The notes under the pieces: model-generated
What the model was told of the DNA's origin: nothing
What the model saw: the letters and a program-made list of their open reading frames with translations, nothing else
The model's database searches: none
Part shown: one piece after another, positions 1-10,312 of the stretch
How the letters are laid out: every line of letters starts with the position of its first letter
Position numbering within the stretch: the first letter of the stretch is position 1
Source of the DNA: Nitrospinales bacterium
GTDB taxonomy: Bacteria > Nitrospinota > Nitrospinia > Nitrospinales > VA-1
Assembly: GCA_965223795.1 (NCBI GenBank)
Contig: CBDCXL010000002.1
Span: 1,760,001 to 1,824,000 of the forward strand
DNA: 64,000 bases
Reading direction: 5' to 3'
Position numbers and translations under genes: made by a program

Positions 1-1645
1 GCTCAACGCGTCGAAGGGCCCCGCCGTGCGCGGCAGCCGCGCGCAGGCCGATAAAAAACTCTACAAGGACGCCATGCGCCGCGTGCTCACGCAGTGTCCC
101 GGTCTTGACCTGATCGAAGCGGAAGTGGACGAGCTGTTCATCGAAGGGCAGACGGTGCGCGGTGTGCGCACGGTCAGCGGCGATGAAATCGCGGCGCAGG
201 CGGTGGTCATCACGACGGGCACGTTTCTCAACGGCCGGATGCACGTGGGGCTGACAAACCGTCCCGCCGGGCGCGTCGGGGAAAAGCCGTCGACGCGGCT
301 TTCCGATTCCTTTCTCGCGGCCGGTTTCGAAGTGGGCCGCCTGAAAACAGGAACGCCGCCACGGCTGTTGAGCGGTTCCATCGATTTCGACCGCTGTGTC
401 GAGCAAAAGGGCGATGCGGAACCGCAGCCGTTTTCGTTTTCCACCGGGCGCATCGAGCGGCAGCAGGTCTCCTGCTTTCTCACCGCGACCAACGCGGACA
501 CCGCCGCGGTGATCCGCAGGAACATGCACCTGTCTCCGCTGTACAGCGGGATCATCGAGGGCGTCGGGCCGCGTTACTGCCCCTCGATCGAAGACAAGAT
601 CGTGAAGTTTCCGGACAAGGGTTCGCACAATATCTTTCTCGAGCCGGAAGGGCTGGACACCGACTGGGTGTATCCGAACGGCATCTCCACCAGCCTGGCC
701 GAGGAGGTGCAGGTCGAGCTGGTGCGCACCATCCCCGGTCTGGAACGGGCGGAGATCGTGCGGCCCGGCTACGCGGTGGAATACGATTTCGTGCCGCCGA
801 CGCAGTTGCACCCGACTCTGGAGACGCAGCGCGTGGCGGGGCTTTACCACGCCGGGCAGATCAACGGCACCTCCGGCTACGAGGAAGCCGCCGGGCAGGG
901 ACTGATCGCCGGGATCAACGCCGCTCTCAAAGTGCAGAAGCGGCCGCCGTTCGTGCTGACGCGCATGGACAGCTACATCGGCGTGCTGATCGACGACTTG
1001 GTGACCAAGGGCACGCAGGAGCCTTACCGTATGTTCACTTCGCGCGCCGAATACCGGCTGATCCTGCGCCAGGACAACGCCGATGCGCGGCTGATGGCGA
1101 AAGGCCACGCGCTGGGGCTGGTGTCGCTGGAGGAGCATGAGCGCTGTCTGGAAAAATACCGCTTGGTGGAAGCGGAGATCGCGCGCCTGTCGAGCACGCA
1201 GGTGGTGCCGGGAAAAACCGACACGCGGCGGCTCCTGGAAATCGGCATCGAGAGTCTGAAACGGCCGACGACGCTCACCGGGCTGCTGCGTCGTCCGGAT
1301 GTGACCTATGCCGGTCTGATCGAGGCGTTCAACGGCGCAGAGGTTCCCAGAGTGGTGGGCGAGCAGGTGGAGATCCAGGTCAAGTATGAGGGTTTCATCG
1401 CGCGTCAGAACCAGATGGTGGACAAACAGAAAAAACTGGAGAACGTGCCCATCCCGCAGGATTTCGAGTATGCGAGCGTTGCCGGACTGTCGCGCGAGGT
1501 GGTGCAGAAACTCGAATCCATCCGGCCGGCGACGCTCGGCCAGGCGGCGCGCATCTCGGGGATCACGCCTTCGGCGGTGGGCATCCTGATGCTGTTTCTG
1601 GAGCGGCGCAGCGGCCTGCACAGAGCGGCAAAAGCCGCATCCTGA
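1..1645 (+). CDS. mnmG: tRNA uridine-5-carboxymethylaminomethyl(34) synthesis enzyme MnmG/GidA (5' truncated by window edge)
   Basis: Frame open from base 2 ([17 protein letters not shown]); motifs [48 protein letters not shown]. Confidence 0.98.
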   Translation, partial: LNASKGPAVRGSRAQADKKLYKDAMRRVLTQCPGLDLIEAEVDELFIEGQTVRGVRTVSGDEIAAQAVVITTGTFLNGRMHVGLTNRPAGRVGEKPSTRLSDSFLAAGFEVGRLKTGTPPRLLSGSIDFDRCVEQKGDAEPQPFSFSTGRIERQQVSCFLTATNADTAAVIRRNMHLSPLYSGIIEGVGPRYCPSIEDKIVKFPDKGSHNIFLEPEGLDTDWVYPNGISTSLAEEVQVELVRTIPGLERAEIVRPGYAVEYDFVPPTQLHPTLETQRVAGLYHAGQINGTSGYEEAAGQGLIAGINAALKVQKRPPFVLTRMDSYIGVLIDDLVTKGTQEPYRMFTSRAEYRLILRQDNADARLMAKGHALGLVSLEEHERCLEKYRLVEAEIARLSSTQVVPGKTDTRRLLEIGIESLKRPTTLTGLLRRPDVTYAGLIEAFNGAEVPRVVGEQVEIQVKYEGFIARQNQMVDKQKKLENVPIPQDFEYASVAGLSREVVQKLESIRPATLGQAARISGITPSAVGILMLFLERRSGLHRAAKAAS

Positions 1646-1870
1646 ATGCACACCGATTCGATCCAGTGGCGGCTGGAAGTCGACAAGAAGGACATCGCCT
1701 ACATCGTCAGCGTGTTCGAAGCCTACGAAAACCTCGCCATCGTGCGCACGCTCGATCCCGCCAAAGGTCTCATCGAGCTGATGATCTCTCCGGATTATCT
1801 CGACGAAACGCAAACGCTGATCGACCGGCTGGCAAAGGAGATCCCGCTGCGCTTGCTGGGAACGGGGTGA
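1646..1870 (+). CDS. small conserved protein, DUF4911-like
   Basis: 74 aa starting immediately after the mnmG stop; pattern IAYIVSVFEAYENLAIVRTLDP resembles DUF4911. Confidence 0.7.
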   Translation: MHTDSIQWRLEVDKKDIAYIVSVFEAYENLAIVRTLDPAKGLIELMISPDYLDETQTLIDRLAKEIPLRLLGTG

Positions 1871-1888
1871 CGGCCGCGTTGCCCAGGT

Positions 1889-2407
1889 TCAGTAATGCAG
1901 CAGGGAATGGATGGCATGGTCTCCCAGCTTTTCCCGTCCCTTGAGAAAGTCCAGCTCGATCAGAAACGCCAACTCCACGATGTTCACCTGAAAATTGCTG
2001 CGGATCAGATCGATCGTCGCCGAAACGGTGCCTCCGGTGGCGAGCACGTCGTCGACGACAAGGATCTCCTGCCCGTTTTTGAACGCGTCCTGGTGGATTT
2101 CCACGGTGTCGGTGCCGTATTCCAGCGAATAGGTTTTTTTGAAGGTCTTGTAGGGCAGTTTTCCCGGTTTGCGCACGATGACGGTGCCCGCGCCCAGGGA
2201 ATACGCGAGGGCGGCGGCGAACAGAAAACCGCGCGCCTCGACGCCGACCACGCAGTCGATGTTTTTATCGGCGTAGCGCTCGCGCAGCAAGTCGATGGCC
2301 TGTTTGAACGATTCTCCGTTTGCCAGGAGGGGCGCGATGTCTTTGAAGATGACCCCTTTCTGGGGAAAATCGGGAATGTCGCGGATATTCGATTTCAGAG
2401 ATTCCAT
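1889..2407 (-). CDS. apt: adenine phosphoribosyltransferase
   Basis: IRDIPDFPQKGVIFKDI, GVEARGF, RKPGKLP, LEYGTD, PRPP-binding VVDDVLATGGT. Confidence 0.97.
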   Translation of the reverse strand: MESLKSNIRDIPDFPQKGVIFKDIAPLLANGESFKQAIDLLRERYADKNIDCVVGVEARGFLFAAALAYSLGAGTVIVRKPGKLPYKTFKKTYSLEYGTDTVEIHQDAFKNGQEILVVDDVLATGGTVSATIDLIRSNFQVNIVELAFLIELDFLKGREKLGDHAIHSLLHY

Positions 2408-2526
2408 GCTGTTTCCTTCGTTGGGACGGGGTTTCCGCTCATGTCGCGGTTCGAATGCCAGTAAGAGTATCGCTTTTATTGTGCCGGAAAAAATTTTTTT
2501 CGCTGCCCGGGGCCGCGCGGGAAACG

Positions 2527-3249
2527 TTATCGCCGGGTGGACAGGTATTTGAGCGGGTTTCGCGGGTGGGTGTCGTTTCTCACTTCAAAATGCAGGTGCG
2601 GCCCGGTGGAGCGGCCGGTGCTGCCGACCGAGGCGATCCTCTGGCCTTTTTTCACACGCATGCCTTTGCGCACCCAGTTTTTCGAGTTGTGGGCGTAGAC
2701 GGTGGTCAGGTGGTTTTTGTGCTTGATGATCACCATGAGTCCGTATCCGGTCGGTCCCCAGTCGCTGAACATCACCTTGCCGTCGGCGGCGGCGACGATG
2801 GGCGTGCCTTTGGGAGCGCCGATGTCGATGCCTTCGTGGCGGCGCCCCCGGCGCTTGCCGAAGGTGGAAGTGAGCGTGCCTTTCACCGGCCAGCGCAGAA
2901 AATTCTTGATGGGGGGGCGCTTCTTGCCTTTGACGCTGATGTTGCGCTTCTTCTTGACGGCGCGGTCGGTCGGGGCCACCTTGACGACACGGGTGGCGCG
3001 GGGAATCCACAGTCTGGTGCCCACCCGCACCTGGGTGGCGTCGCGGATCTGATTCACCTGCATGATCGTGCGCACGTGGATCTTGTAGGCGCGGGCGATG
3101 CTGTACAGCGTCTGTCCCTTTTTAACCACATGGGTCACGCCGCCGGTTCGCGGATAGAGCGGCGTGGGGCCAAAAAGCGCGCAGCCGGTCAGCAGGGAAG
3201 CTGCGACCCACAGCGACACGAATGTCGTAAACGCAGTTCTAAATGGCAT
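2527..3249 (-). CDS. LysM + M23 peptidase lipoprotein (NlpD-like)
   Basis: Lipobox LTGC; LysM HVVKKGQTLYSIAR; M23 motifs HEGIDI, YAHN, STGPHLHFEVR. Confidence 0.9.
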   Translation of the reverse strand: MPFRTAFTTFVSLWVAASLLTGCALFGPTPLYPRTGGVTHVVKKGQTLYSIARAYKIHVRTIMQVNQIRDATQVRVGTRLWIPRATRVVKVAPTDRAVKKKRNISVKGKKRPPIKNFLRWPVKGTLTSTFGKRRGRRHEGIDIGAPKGTPIVAAADGKVMFSDWGPTGYGLMVIIKHKNHLTTVYAHNSKNWVRKGMRVKKGQRIASVGSTGRSTGPHLHFEVRNDTHPRNPLKYLSTRR

Positions 3250-3447
3250 GGCATTCGCAAACGAGTATTGTCTAAACCATTGAAAAATTGTAACATTTTA
3301 TTGTGGTGAAAGTCCATTGCAAGGCTTGCGGGGCCTTTACAAGCCGGGGCGCTTGCGGTATAAACGTGCCATTGTTTCACCAGCTTGAACGAATTCATGG
3401 AACCATTTCCCACCCGTCGGGTTTCCGCGGTCCGCAGCCGGGCACGG

Positions 3448-4587
3448 ATGCCCGCAATTCTCAGAATCCTGCATGGGTGCCTGTTGCTGGCGGTCGCCGG
3501 CGGCTGCGGCGACGGACGCGCCGCCCCGGAGTTGTTCACGCTTCCGGTGGTCTACAAAGTGGGGAAAAAACCCGCGGCTCTCATCGCGCACGACATGAAC
3601 AACGACGGTTACCACGATCTTCTGGTGACCAATTCGGGCGAAGACACGTTCAATTACCTGGAAGGGCTGGGCAATGGCACCTTCAAGGAGCCGCAGACGT
3701 TGAGCACGGGACGCGAGCCGGTGGCGCTGACCGCGTCGGACTTCAACAACGACGGCACCCCGGACGTCGCCATCTGCAATTACGGCGACGGTGACGTGAC
3801 CGTCATTCTGGGACAGAAAGACGGCCTGTTCAAGGTCAAGGGCAACGTCAAGGTGGGCCGCATTCCCATCGCCATCACGGCGGCGGATTTCAACAAGGAT
3901 GAGAATGTGGACCTGGCGGTCACGCTCCGGTTCGACAAAATGATCATCCTGCTGGGCGTCGGGGACGGCACGTTCAAGCTGGCGGAAGCTTACCGGGCTT
4001 CGGGCACGCCCGCCAACCTGGTTGCGGGCGATTACAACAAAGACGGCAACATCGACATCGCCGTGGCGTTCAACGCCGTCGAAGTGAAATTCATCCGTGT
4101 GTTTTTCGGCAACGGGGACGGCACTTTTCAAAACCCCAAGCGCATCCCCGGCGGCCATCAGTCCTCCTTCATCACACAGCACGACATGAACGGGGACGGC
4201 ATCCTGGATCTCGTCACTTCATCCACCATGAAGGACAGCGTGACGCTCTATCTGGGCGACGGCAAAGGGGGCTTCACATCCACGGGGGATTTCGCCGGTG
4301 AAAAGGGGCCGGAGCACATCGTCGCGGGTCAGTTTTCCGACGATCAGATTCCCGATCTTGTGGTGTGCAACCGGCGCGACAATTCCATCTCCGTGCTCGA
4401 AGGGCGCGGCGACGGCACCTTTGTTTTCCCCCATTTCAACTACGCCGTGGGACGCAACCCGCGCGCGATCACCGGAGCGGATTTCAACCGCGACGGTCTG
4501 ACCGATCTTGCGGTCCTGCTTTACGACTCACAGCTCCTGGAAATCTTCGTCCGCAAAGTGGACGCGGAATTTCCCACGGAATCCTGA
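3448..4587 (+). CDS. FG-GAP/VCBS repeat lipoprotein (beta-propeller)
   Basis: About 7 repeats of the D(F/M/Y)NxDG type; lipobox AGGC if started at ATG 3448 (start uncertain; ORF open from 3385). Confidence 0.8.
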   Translation: MPAILRILHGCLLLAVAGGCGDGRAAPELFTLPVVYKVGKKPAALIAHDMNNDGYHDLLVTNSGEDTFNYLEGLGNGTFKEPQTLSTGREPVALTASDFNNDGTPDVAICNYGDGDVTVILGQKDGLFKVKGNVKVGRIPIAITAADFNKDENVDLAVTLRFDKMIILLGVGDGTFKLAEAYRASGTPANLVAGDYNKDGNIDIAVAFNAVEVKFIRVFFGNGDGTFQNPKRIPGGHQSSFITQHDMNGDGILDLVTSSTMKDSVTLYLGDGKGGFTSTGDFAGEKGPEHIVAGQFSDDQIPDLVVCNRRDNSISVLEGRGDGTFVFPHFNYAVGRNPRAITGADFNRDGLTDLAVLLYDSQLLEIFVRKVDAEFPTES

Positions 4588-4592
4588 ACCGC

Positions 4593-4772
4593 TTACGAAT
4601 TGTTTTCCTGAAATTCCTTGCTGTCGGGCGGGGAATCCGTTCCCGGAATCACGTACTTTTCATCCAGCCAGGCGCCGAGGTCGACAAGCCGGCACCGTTC
4701 TGAACAAAAGGGATAAAACGGATTGTCTTTGATCTCTTTCTCGATGGTCTTTTTGCAGTTTGGACATTTCAT
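4593..4772 (-). CDS. yacG: DNA gyrase inhibitor YacG (zinc-binding), 59 aa, absent from ORF track
   Basis: Manual translation [44 protein letters not shown]...; CPxC plus [15 protein letters not shown] is the YacG signature. Confidence 0.93.
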   Translation of the reverse strand: MKCPNCKKTIEKEIKDNPFYPFCSERCRLVDLGAWLDEKYVIPGTDSPPDSKEFQENNS

Positions 4773-4940
4773 GGGGCACCCCCGTCGGAAACGTTTTGCA
4801 ATGGAAGTCTCAGAATGAGGATTGTCTGTATCCTACCACAATTGCTTTGGCAATCCATTACCCACTTTCTTTTCCGTTTACAATGATTTAACCCGTTTGT
4901 ATAGTAGTCTGGACGATATGCGAACCTTCAGGACCGTCCG

Positions 4941-7004
4941 ATGATGAGTGGTGTTCAACAGCGGGATTATTACAAGGTGCTGGGGGTCCACCGGGACGCT
5001 TCCCAGCAGGAGATCGACCGCGCGTACCAGAGGCTGGTGGAGCGGTTCGACGACGCCCGCAATCTGTCCTCGCCCGAGAATCAGGATTCGCTCAAAGATA
5101 AAATCGGACTGCTGCAGGAAGCCTACGACACCCTTTCCAACAAGGAAAAGCGGGACGTGCACGACCGGAGCTTTGTCGAAGATAAAAAAAACGAACCCGA
5201 AACAGAAAATTCCTTCTCAAGCCGGGCGGACCTGTTCGAGGACTGGAAGAACAGTCACAAGGAAAAACAGCAGAGCATCTATGAGGATTATTTCGGCTTT
5301 TCCGAAAAACCCTTCGACCTGACGCCCGACCCCAAATACCTGTATCTCAGCCCGAAGCACAAGGAGGTGCTGGCGCACCTGGTGTACGGGCTGCAGGAGA
5401 ACAACGGATTTCTAAAGATCGTCGGCGAAGTGGGCACCGGCAAGACCATGATCTGCCGCAGTTTCCTCAAGGAACTGCACGCCAACTTCAGCATCGCCTA
5501 CATCTTCAACCCCGGCATCAACGAGCTGGAACTGCTGCAGACCATCAATTCCGAATTCGGCCTCCCCAGTGAAAGCACGAGCAAGAAGAAACTCATCGAT
5601 GTGCTCAACCGTTTTCTGCTCGATGAAAGAAAAAAAGGCCATCGCGTGGTGGTCATCATCGACGAGGCGCAGGATCTGCTGCCCGACGTGCTGGAGCAGC
5701 TTAGGCTTTTGTCCAACCTGGAGACGGAAAAGGAGAAGCTGATCCAGATCGTCCTCATCGGCCAGCCGGAGCTCAACCGCACGCTGGATCAGGAAGAACT
5801 GAGACAGCTCAAGCAAAGGATCACCATTCAATGGGAACTTTTGCCGCTCAACCTGGAAGAGACGCGCGGCTATCTGCAGCACCGCCTGAACGTGGCGATG
5901 GGCAAGGGCAAGGTGCAGTTCAGCCGCCCGGCGGTGGACACGATCTACCGCTACGCCGAAGGCATTCCCAGGATGATCAACGTGATCGCGGACCGCTGCC
6001 TGCTGATCGCCTACACACTCAACACGAAAAAGATCCATTCCCGCATTGTGCGCACGGCGGTGCGGGACATCGGCGGGCTCAAGCCGAAACCTTCCATCTG
6101 GACGACGGTGTTCAAATTCGTCCTGCCGGCGATGGTGTTTTTGGGGCTGTTGATTTTTATCATCAGCGATTTTGCCCTGCCCGACCTGAAGCGCGACGCG
6201 AAAGAGGTGCGCGATCCCGCCTCGCTGATCGGCGAGGCTCCACCGCAACGGTTGACGCCGCAGGCTGTGAAGCCCAACAGCGCCTCAGAACAAAGCAGGG
6301 ACGCCGCTGCGCTGCCCGCCGGTGAAGCCAGAGCGCAACAGGGGCTGGAGCCGGGGACGCTGGTGGTGAACGACCCGGACAAACTGGTGACGTACCTTTC
6401 CACCCTGTCGCTCCATGAAAGCCGGATTGAGGCGGTGCAGTGGATTCTCAAGGCCTGGGGCTTGACGGACACGCGATGGCCGGAAGAGGGTGCGGAGGAT
6501 TTCGACAGCCTGCGCGAGGAATTCGGTCTGTCGGCGTTCGAACTGAACGGCAATTTCAAACGGCTGACCACGCTCAATTATCCCGCCGTCCTGGAAGTGG
6601 CGCTGCCCAATTCTCTGGGAACCAAGTACCTGGCGCTGATGCGCACCGAAGGCGACAAGGGCGTGTTCGGCTCGGCGGACAAAATAGAAATGCCGCTTGA
6701 GGTCATCAATACTCTGTGGACGCGCCGGGCCATCGTGCTGTGGAAGGATTTCGAGGACCTGCCGGACAGGCTGGAAAAAGGGTTCAACGGCGCCGAGGCC
6801 ATCTGGCTGCAGAAGAACCTCCGTCTGCTGGGCTTGTTCAAAGGACGTGAAGCGCCCTATTACGGCGAGCAGACGGTGCAGGCGGTGCTCAAGTTTCAGC
6901 GCAAATACAACATCCGCGACGACGGGCGCTTTCATACCGACAGCAAAATGCTTCTTTACAATATCCTCAAAATCTATCCCACGCCGAAACTGGTCGAACC
7001 CTGA
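4941..7004 (+). CDS. exeA: ExeA/GspA-family AAA ATPase with N-terminal J-like domain, TM helix and C-terminal peptidoglycan-binding domain
   Basis: YFGFSEKPFDLTPDPKYLY, Walker A GEVGTGKT, Walker B IIDEAQ, LIGQPEL, GIPRMIN; TM FVLPAMVFLGLLIFII; C-terminal YGEQTVQAVLKFQRKYNIRDDG. Confidence 0.85.
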   Translation: MMSGVQQRDYYKVLGVHRDASQQEIDRAYQRLVERFDDARNLSSPENQDSLKDKIGLLQEAYDTLSNKEKRDVHDRSFVEDKKNEPETENSFSSRADLFEDWKNSHKEKQQSIYEDYFGFSEKPFDLTPDPKYLYLSPKHKEVLAHLVYGLQENNGFLKIVGEVGTGKTMICRSFLKELHANFSIAYIFNPGINELELLQTINSEFGLPSESTSKKKLIDVLNRFLLDERKKGHRVVVIIDEAQDLLPDVLEQLRLLSNLETEKEKLIQIVLIGQPELNRTLDQEELRQLKQRITIQWELLPLNLEETRGYLQHRLNVAMGKGKVQFSRPAVDTIYRYAEGIPRMINVIADRCLLIAYTLNTKKIHSRIVRTAVRDIGGLKPKPSIWTTVFKFVLPAMVFLGLLIFIISDFALPDLKRDAKEVRDPASLIGEAPPQRLTPQAVKPNSASEQSRDAAALPAGEARAQQGLEPGTLVVNDPDKLVTYLSTLSLHESRIEAVQWILKAWGLTDTRWPEEGAEDFDSLREEFGLSAFELNGNFKRLTTLNYPAVLEVALPNSLGTKYLALMRTEGDKGVFGSADKIEMPLEVINTLWTRRAIVLWKDFEDLPDRLEKGFNGAEAIWLQKNLRLLGLFKGREAPYYGEQTVQAVLKFQRKYNIRDDGRFHTDSKMLLYNILKIYPTPKLVEP

Positions 7005-7034
7005 CCGCAAACTCACCTTACTTGCGACCTCCGC

Positions 7035-7805
7035 ATGAGCACGATACTCAAAACTCTAAAAAAACTGGAAGAGGAAAAAAGCGTTCTTGAAAAAAAACAC
7101 GACCTCAAAGGGCTCGTCCTGCAGGGCGGCGGGTCCGGCGGCGGGCCGGAAGACAGCGGCGTCCGCGGCAAAGGCAGGCTGTGGGGCGGTCTGCTCCTCG
7201 GCGGGTTCGTGCTGGGAATGGGGACGTATTTTCTCCTCGATCATTTCGGAAACGACGAGCCGCCGTCGCATGAAGTTGCCCGCTCCTCACCTCCGGCGGT
7301 TGCGGCCGCACGGCCGCCGGCCCGGGTGACCTTCGATCATCCGACGGGGATTCCGCTCTCACACATCCGCGACACGTCGTCCTATCTGGAAGTGCCCGCC
7401 TTCGACGAGCCGGAATGGATCGAACCTGAAACACCCGTGATGCAAGCGGAGCCGCTGCAACCGGCCGCACCGCCGGCCGTGCAAAGGCCGGTGTCCGTGG
7501 ACGGGGAGGTGGAGAAAATCGATTCTCTCATCAAATCCGTCACCTCCCAGGCGTATCGCTTGAGCGGGGACGATGCCTCTACCTCGCCTGTGGAGACCCA
7601 TATCCCCGGTCTCAAAGTAAAGGGGATCGTTTATTTCGCGGACCGGCATCCCGACAATCACATCTACATCGCCACGGCCAGCGAAAGCAACGTCAAGCTT
7701 AAGGTCGATGAGATCGAGCAGCGCGCGGTGCTCAAGGCGATCCTGCCCAACAAGGCGGTGTTCCTGTACCAGGGAAAACGGGTCGAACTCGCCATGGGCG
7801 AATGA
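7035..7805 (+). CDS. ExeB/GspB-like secretin assembly partner
   Basis: N-terminus MSTILKTLKKLEEE typical of GspB, one TM, Pro-rich linker, C-terminal beta domain; directly after exeA. Confidence 0.7.
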   Translation: MSTILKTLKKLEEEKSVLEKKHDLKGLVLQGGGSGGGPEDSGVRGKGRLWGGLLLGGFVLGMGTYFLLDHFGNDEPPSHEVARSSPPAVAAARPPARVTFDHPTGIPLSHIRDTSSYLEVPAFDEPEWIEPETPVMQAEPLQPAAPPAVQRPVSVDGEVEKIDSLIKSVTSQAYRLSGDDASTSPVETHIPGLKVKGIVYFADRHPDNHIYIATASESNVKLKVDEIEQRAVLKAILPNKAVFLYQGKRVELAMGE

Positions 7806-7829
7806 TCGTTTTCGGGCGTCGTCCTTCCT

Positions 7830-9146
7830 TCACACATCGATGCAGTTTTGAAAACGTGTCAGCAGCCAGGGCCTGCCCCGGACTTTGAGCCTGCGGATGA
7901 GCAAAGCCCAAACAGGATGGGTTTCGCGGTTGACGATCCTGAGCCAGGTTGCGGTGTCGGCGGTGACGGTGAGATCGGCTGTGTCCTGGTGATCCGGTTT
8001 CACGGTGATTTTACGGTCCACAATGCGCACCCAGGCGGTGCGGGTTTCTTTCCCGGTAAAGATGAATTGCAGCGTGAGGTTCACGTCATCTGCTTTTTCG
8101 CGGTTGAAGGCGATCTGGATGCCGTGCAGGAATCCGTCGATGGATGCCGGGCGAAACTGGGTGCGGATCGGACGCAGGGTCTTGCGCGGGTTTTTGCGCA
8201 CGGCTTTTTCGGCCGTGGTTCCGGGGCGCGCGTACACCGGTTCTTTCTTTTCCGTGAGCGGTTTGACGATGGACTGCACGTATTGCTTTTTATCTTCGGC
8301 AAACGGTGCAAAGACGTCCTCCCCCGCCGGGCACACCGCCATGCAGTAGGCGGATTTGTAATTGGCTCCGAACGAAAGCGACTGCCAGAAGGACACCGTT
8401 TCGCTGTCTTTAAAGCGGGAGCGGTACTGCTGAACGTTGTCCGCGGACACCATGCCCTCGACCCAGTCCTGGAACCCGCCCATGAATTCCCGGTAGTTGT
8501 GGTTGTAGCAGGCGGAAAAATCGAATTCCCCGCTGGAATGGATCGCGCCGACCGGACAGGCGGCGACGCAGAGATTGCAGGTGACGCAGGGGTTGGCGGT
8601 GAGCGGTTCATCGTACTGATCCAGAACGGTGTCGATGAGAATGGTTTCCAGCAGGACGAAATTGCCGAAGCGGGGATGGATGACGTTGCGGTTTTTCCCC
8701 ATCTTGCCCATTCCCGCCTGTTCGGCGATGTGCTTGTGGCTCACGTCCCAGATTTTCAGGCTGCCCCAGCGGTCCATGTCCATGGGAAAGCCGACGGTGG
8801 GGACGACGCCGCGGACACCGAGGCCGTTGAGGCGTTTGAGAATCCTGCGCGCGACGTGGGTCAGATCCTCGATGGTCCTGTGGAATTCGTCGTTGGCGGC
8901 GTAGCGGGCGGGGCTTTGAATGTTTTCGCGGTTCATCGCCTGCACGATGGCAATCAGCGAGCGCGTGCGCGGATAGAGGTTCAGAATGTCTTTGCGTTCA
9001 CTGTCCAGCGCCGGCCGTTCGATGGGGATGACGCCGGCGTCGCCGGCGCCTTCTTCCAGGCAGATCGTTTTCAGGGTCTTGGCGGTGAGCGCTGGTGTTT
9101 GTTCTTTTTTCGATGCCTTGAGCAGGGTGGATGATGGGGCATTCAT
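7830..9146 (-). CDS. 4Fe-4S protein of the QueG/reductive-dehalogenase-like fold with C-terminal SCP2 lipid-binding domain
   Basis: HKHIAEQAGMGKMGKNRNVIHPRFG, CVTCNLCVAACPVGAI, YCMAVCP; C-terminal ADLTVTADTATWLRI...LKVRG SCP2-like. Confidence 0.75.
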   Translation of the reverse strand: MNAPSSTLLKASKKEQTPALTAKTLKTICLEEGAGDAGVIPIERPALDSERKDILNLYPRTRSLIAIVQAMNRENIQSPARYAANDEFHRTIEDLTHVARRILKRLNGLGVRGVVPTVGFPMDMDRWGSLKIWDVSHKHIAEQAGMGKMGKNRNVIHPRFGNFVLLETILIDTVLDQYDEPLTANPCVTCNLCVAACPVGAIHSSGEFDFSACYNHNYREFMGGFQDWVEGMVSADNVQQYRSRFKDSETVSFWQSLSFGANYKSAYCMAVCPAGEDVFAPFAEDKKQYVQSIVKPLTEKKEPVYARPGTTAEKAVRKNPRKTLRPIRTQFRPASIDGFLHGIQIAFNREKADDVNLTLQFIFTGKETRTAWVRIVDRKITVKPDHQDTADLTVTADTATWLRIVNRETHPVWALLIRRLKVRGRPWLLTRFQNCIDV

Positions 9147-9161
9147 GGGGATCTCCTATTT

Positions 9162-9175
9162 AGTGTATATACACT
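9162..9175. promoter_or_regulatory. palindromic operator AGTGTATATACACT (probable MarR site); related copy at 9660-9673
   Basis: Perfect 14-bp palindrome upstream of the Fe-S gene; 11/14 copy AGAGTATATGCACC overlaps the marR -10 box. Confidence 0.7.
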
Positions 9176-9196
9176 TATATTGGGAAAATTTTTAAG

Positions 9197-9655
9197 TCAT
9201 GAATCCAGTGCGTTCACTGTGGATTTCAGGTTTTTCAGCAGATCGTTCCATTTGCCTTTTGTGAGGCGGCGGATCACCTGGGTCTGGGCGTCTTCCCAGT
9301 AAGGCAGGGCCTTGAGGAAGGCCTTTTTCCCCTGCGTGGTGACGCTCAACGACCGGGTGCGCTTGTCCTCGCCGGGGACGATGCGGACGAAGTTCTGCGC
9401 TTCCAGCGGTTTGAGGTTGCGGCTCAACGTGGTGCGGTCCATCACCAGTTCGCGGGACAGCTGTTTGACCGTGGCCGTGCCGGTGAGGGAAAGCACCGCA
9501 AGCAGGCTGAACTGGGTTGCCCTGAGGCCGGTGGGCTGCATGGTCTCATCGAAAATCTGGGTGACCGCCCGGGACGCCTTTCTCAGATTGAAGCAGGTGC
9601 AGTCCTTGAGCGAGGCGGCGGTTTTTTTCGAGGCGATGTGTTTGCTGTCGTTCAT
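9197..9655 (-). CDS. MarR-family transcriptional regulator
   Basis: CTCFNLRKASRAVTQIFD, wHTH MDRTTLSRNLKPLE, DKRTRSLSVTTQG. Confidence 0.92.
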   Translation of the reverse strand: MNDSKHIASKKTAASLKDCTCFNLRKASRAVTQIFDETMQPTGLRATQFSLLAVLSLTGTATVKQLSRELVMDRTTLSRNLKPLEAQNFVRIVPGEDKRTRSLSVTTQGKKAFLKALPYWEDAQTQVIRRLTKGKWNDLLKNLKSTVNALDS

Positions 9656-9661
9656 ATTGAG

Positions 9662-9690
9662 AGTATATGCACCTAATTGAAGCGCGTCAA
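9662..9690 (-). promoter_or_regulatory. sigma70-type promoter of marR (probably leaderless)
   Basis: TTGACG-17 nt-TATACT, then 6 nt to ATG; no Shine-Dalgarno. Confidence 0.7.
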
Positions 9691-9751
9691 GTAATTTTTG
9701 ATGCAGGGGATTTTCCCGGTTCCGGAGCGGGGTGACGCCCGCTGTGACCCG

Positions 9752-10219
9752 TCAGGGCTTGATGTAGAGGTACCCCTGTTCCTGCAGGTCGGCGATGCGC
9801 TTGACGGCGACCGGGTGCTCGGTGGGCTTGAATCCCGCAGCCAGGGAATCGAGCGGTTTATTGAAAAGCTTCATGGAGACCTGGCACATTTCCGGCTCCA
9901 CGCCCTGGTCGACGATCTTCTTCAGGCCCTTGAACAGCGCCGGGTCCACTTCCTGTTTGTCGAACAGCTTCAGAGCAGGGCCGTGCACCACCACCTTGAC
10001 GTCGAGCTTGTCGGGGCCGCCTTCGGCTTCCATGTGCTTGTTGATGAGCGCCATTGCGTATTTCGCCACAGCGGGGTCGGCGCCGTCGATGTGGTACAGG
10101 ACCTTCAGCTTGCCGTCCGCGGTGCGGTGTTTGGATTCCCCCGCCTGGCTCGAGGCAGCTCCCAGGAATGCGATGATGAGCGCGGTGAACAGCCAGGTTT
10201 TTGTTTGGGTCAGCAGCAT
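9752..10219 (-). CDS. exported DsrE/DsrF-like family protein
   Basis: ATG 10219 after AGGAGG; signal peptide; KVLYHID, VVVHGPAL, Cys in MCQVSM, C-terminal IADLQEQGYLYIKP. Confidence 0.8.
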   Translation of the reverse strand: MLLTQTKTWLFTALIIAFLGAASSQAGESKHRTADGKLKVLYHIDGADPAVAKYAMALINKHMEAEGGPDKLDVKVVVHGPALKLFDKQEVDPALFKGLKKIVDQGVEPEMCQVSMKLFNKPLDSLAAGFKPTEHPVAVKRIADLQEQGYLYIKP

Positions 10220-10312
10220 GTCTTCCTCCTTGTGTATTACGAGCCTTTGAAGGTTGGTATGACAAATCCGGCTGTGGAAATGATCGTTCTCCGTGCCGGA
10301 CTGCATTGCGTT

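Noticed and set aside
3560..4520. Repeated GACGGC-containing units resembling a DNA repeat array or CRISPR
   Set aside because: They are degenerate FG-GAP protein repeats within a CDS; no constant repeat-spacer structure or cas genes in the window
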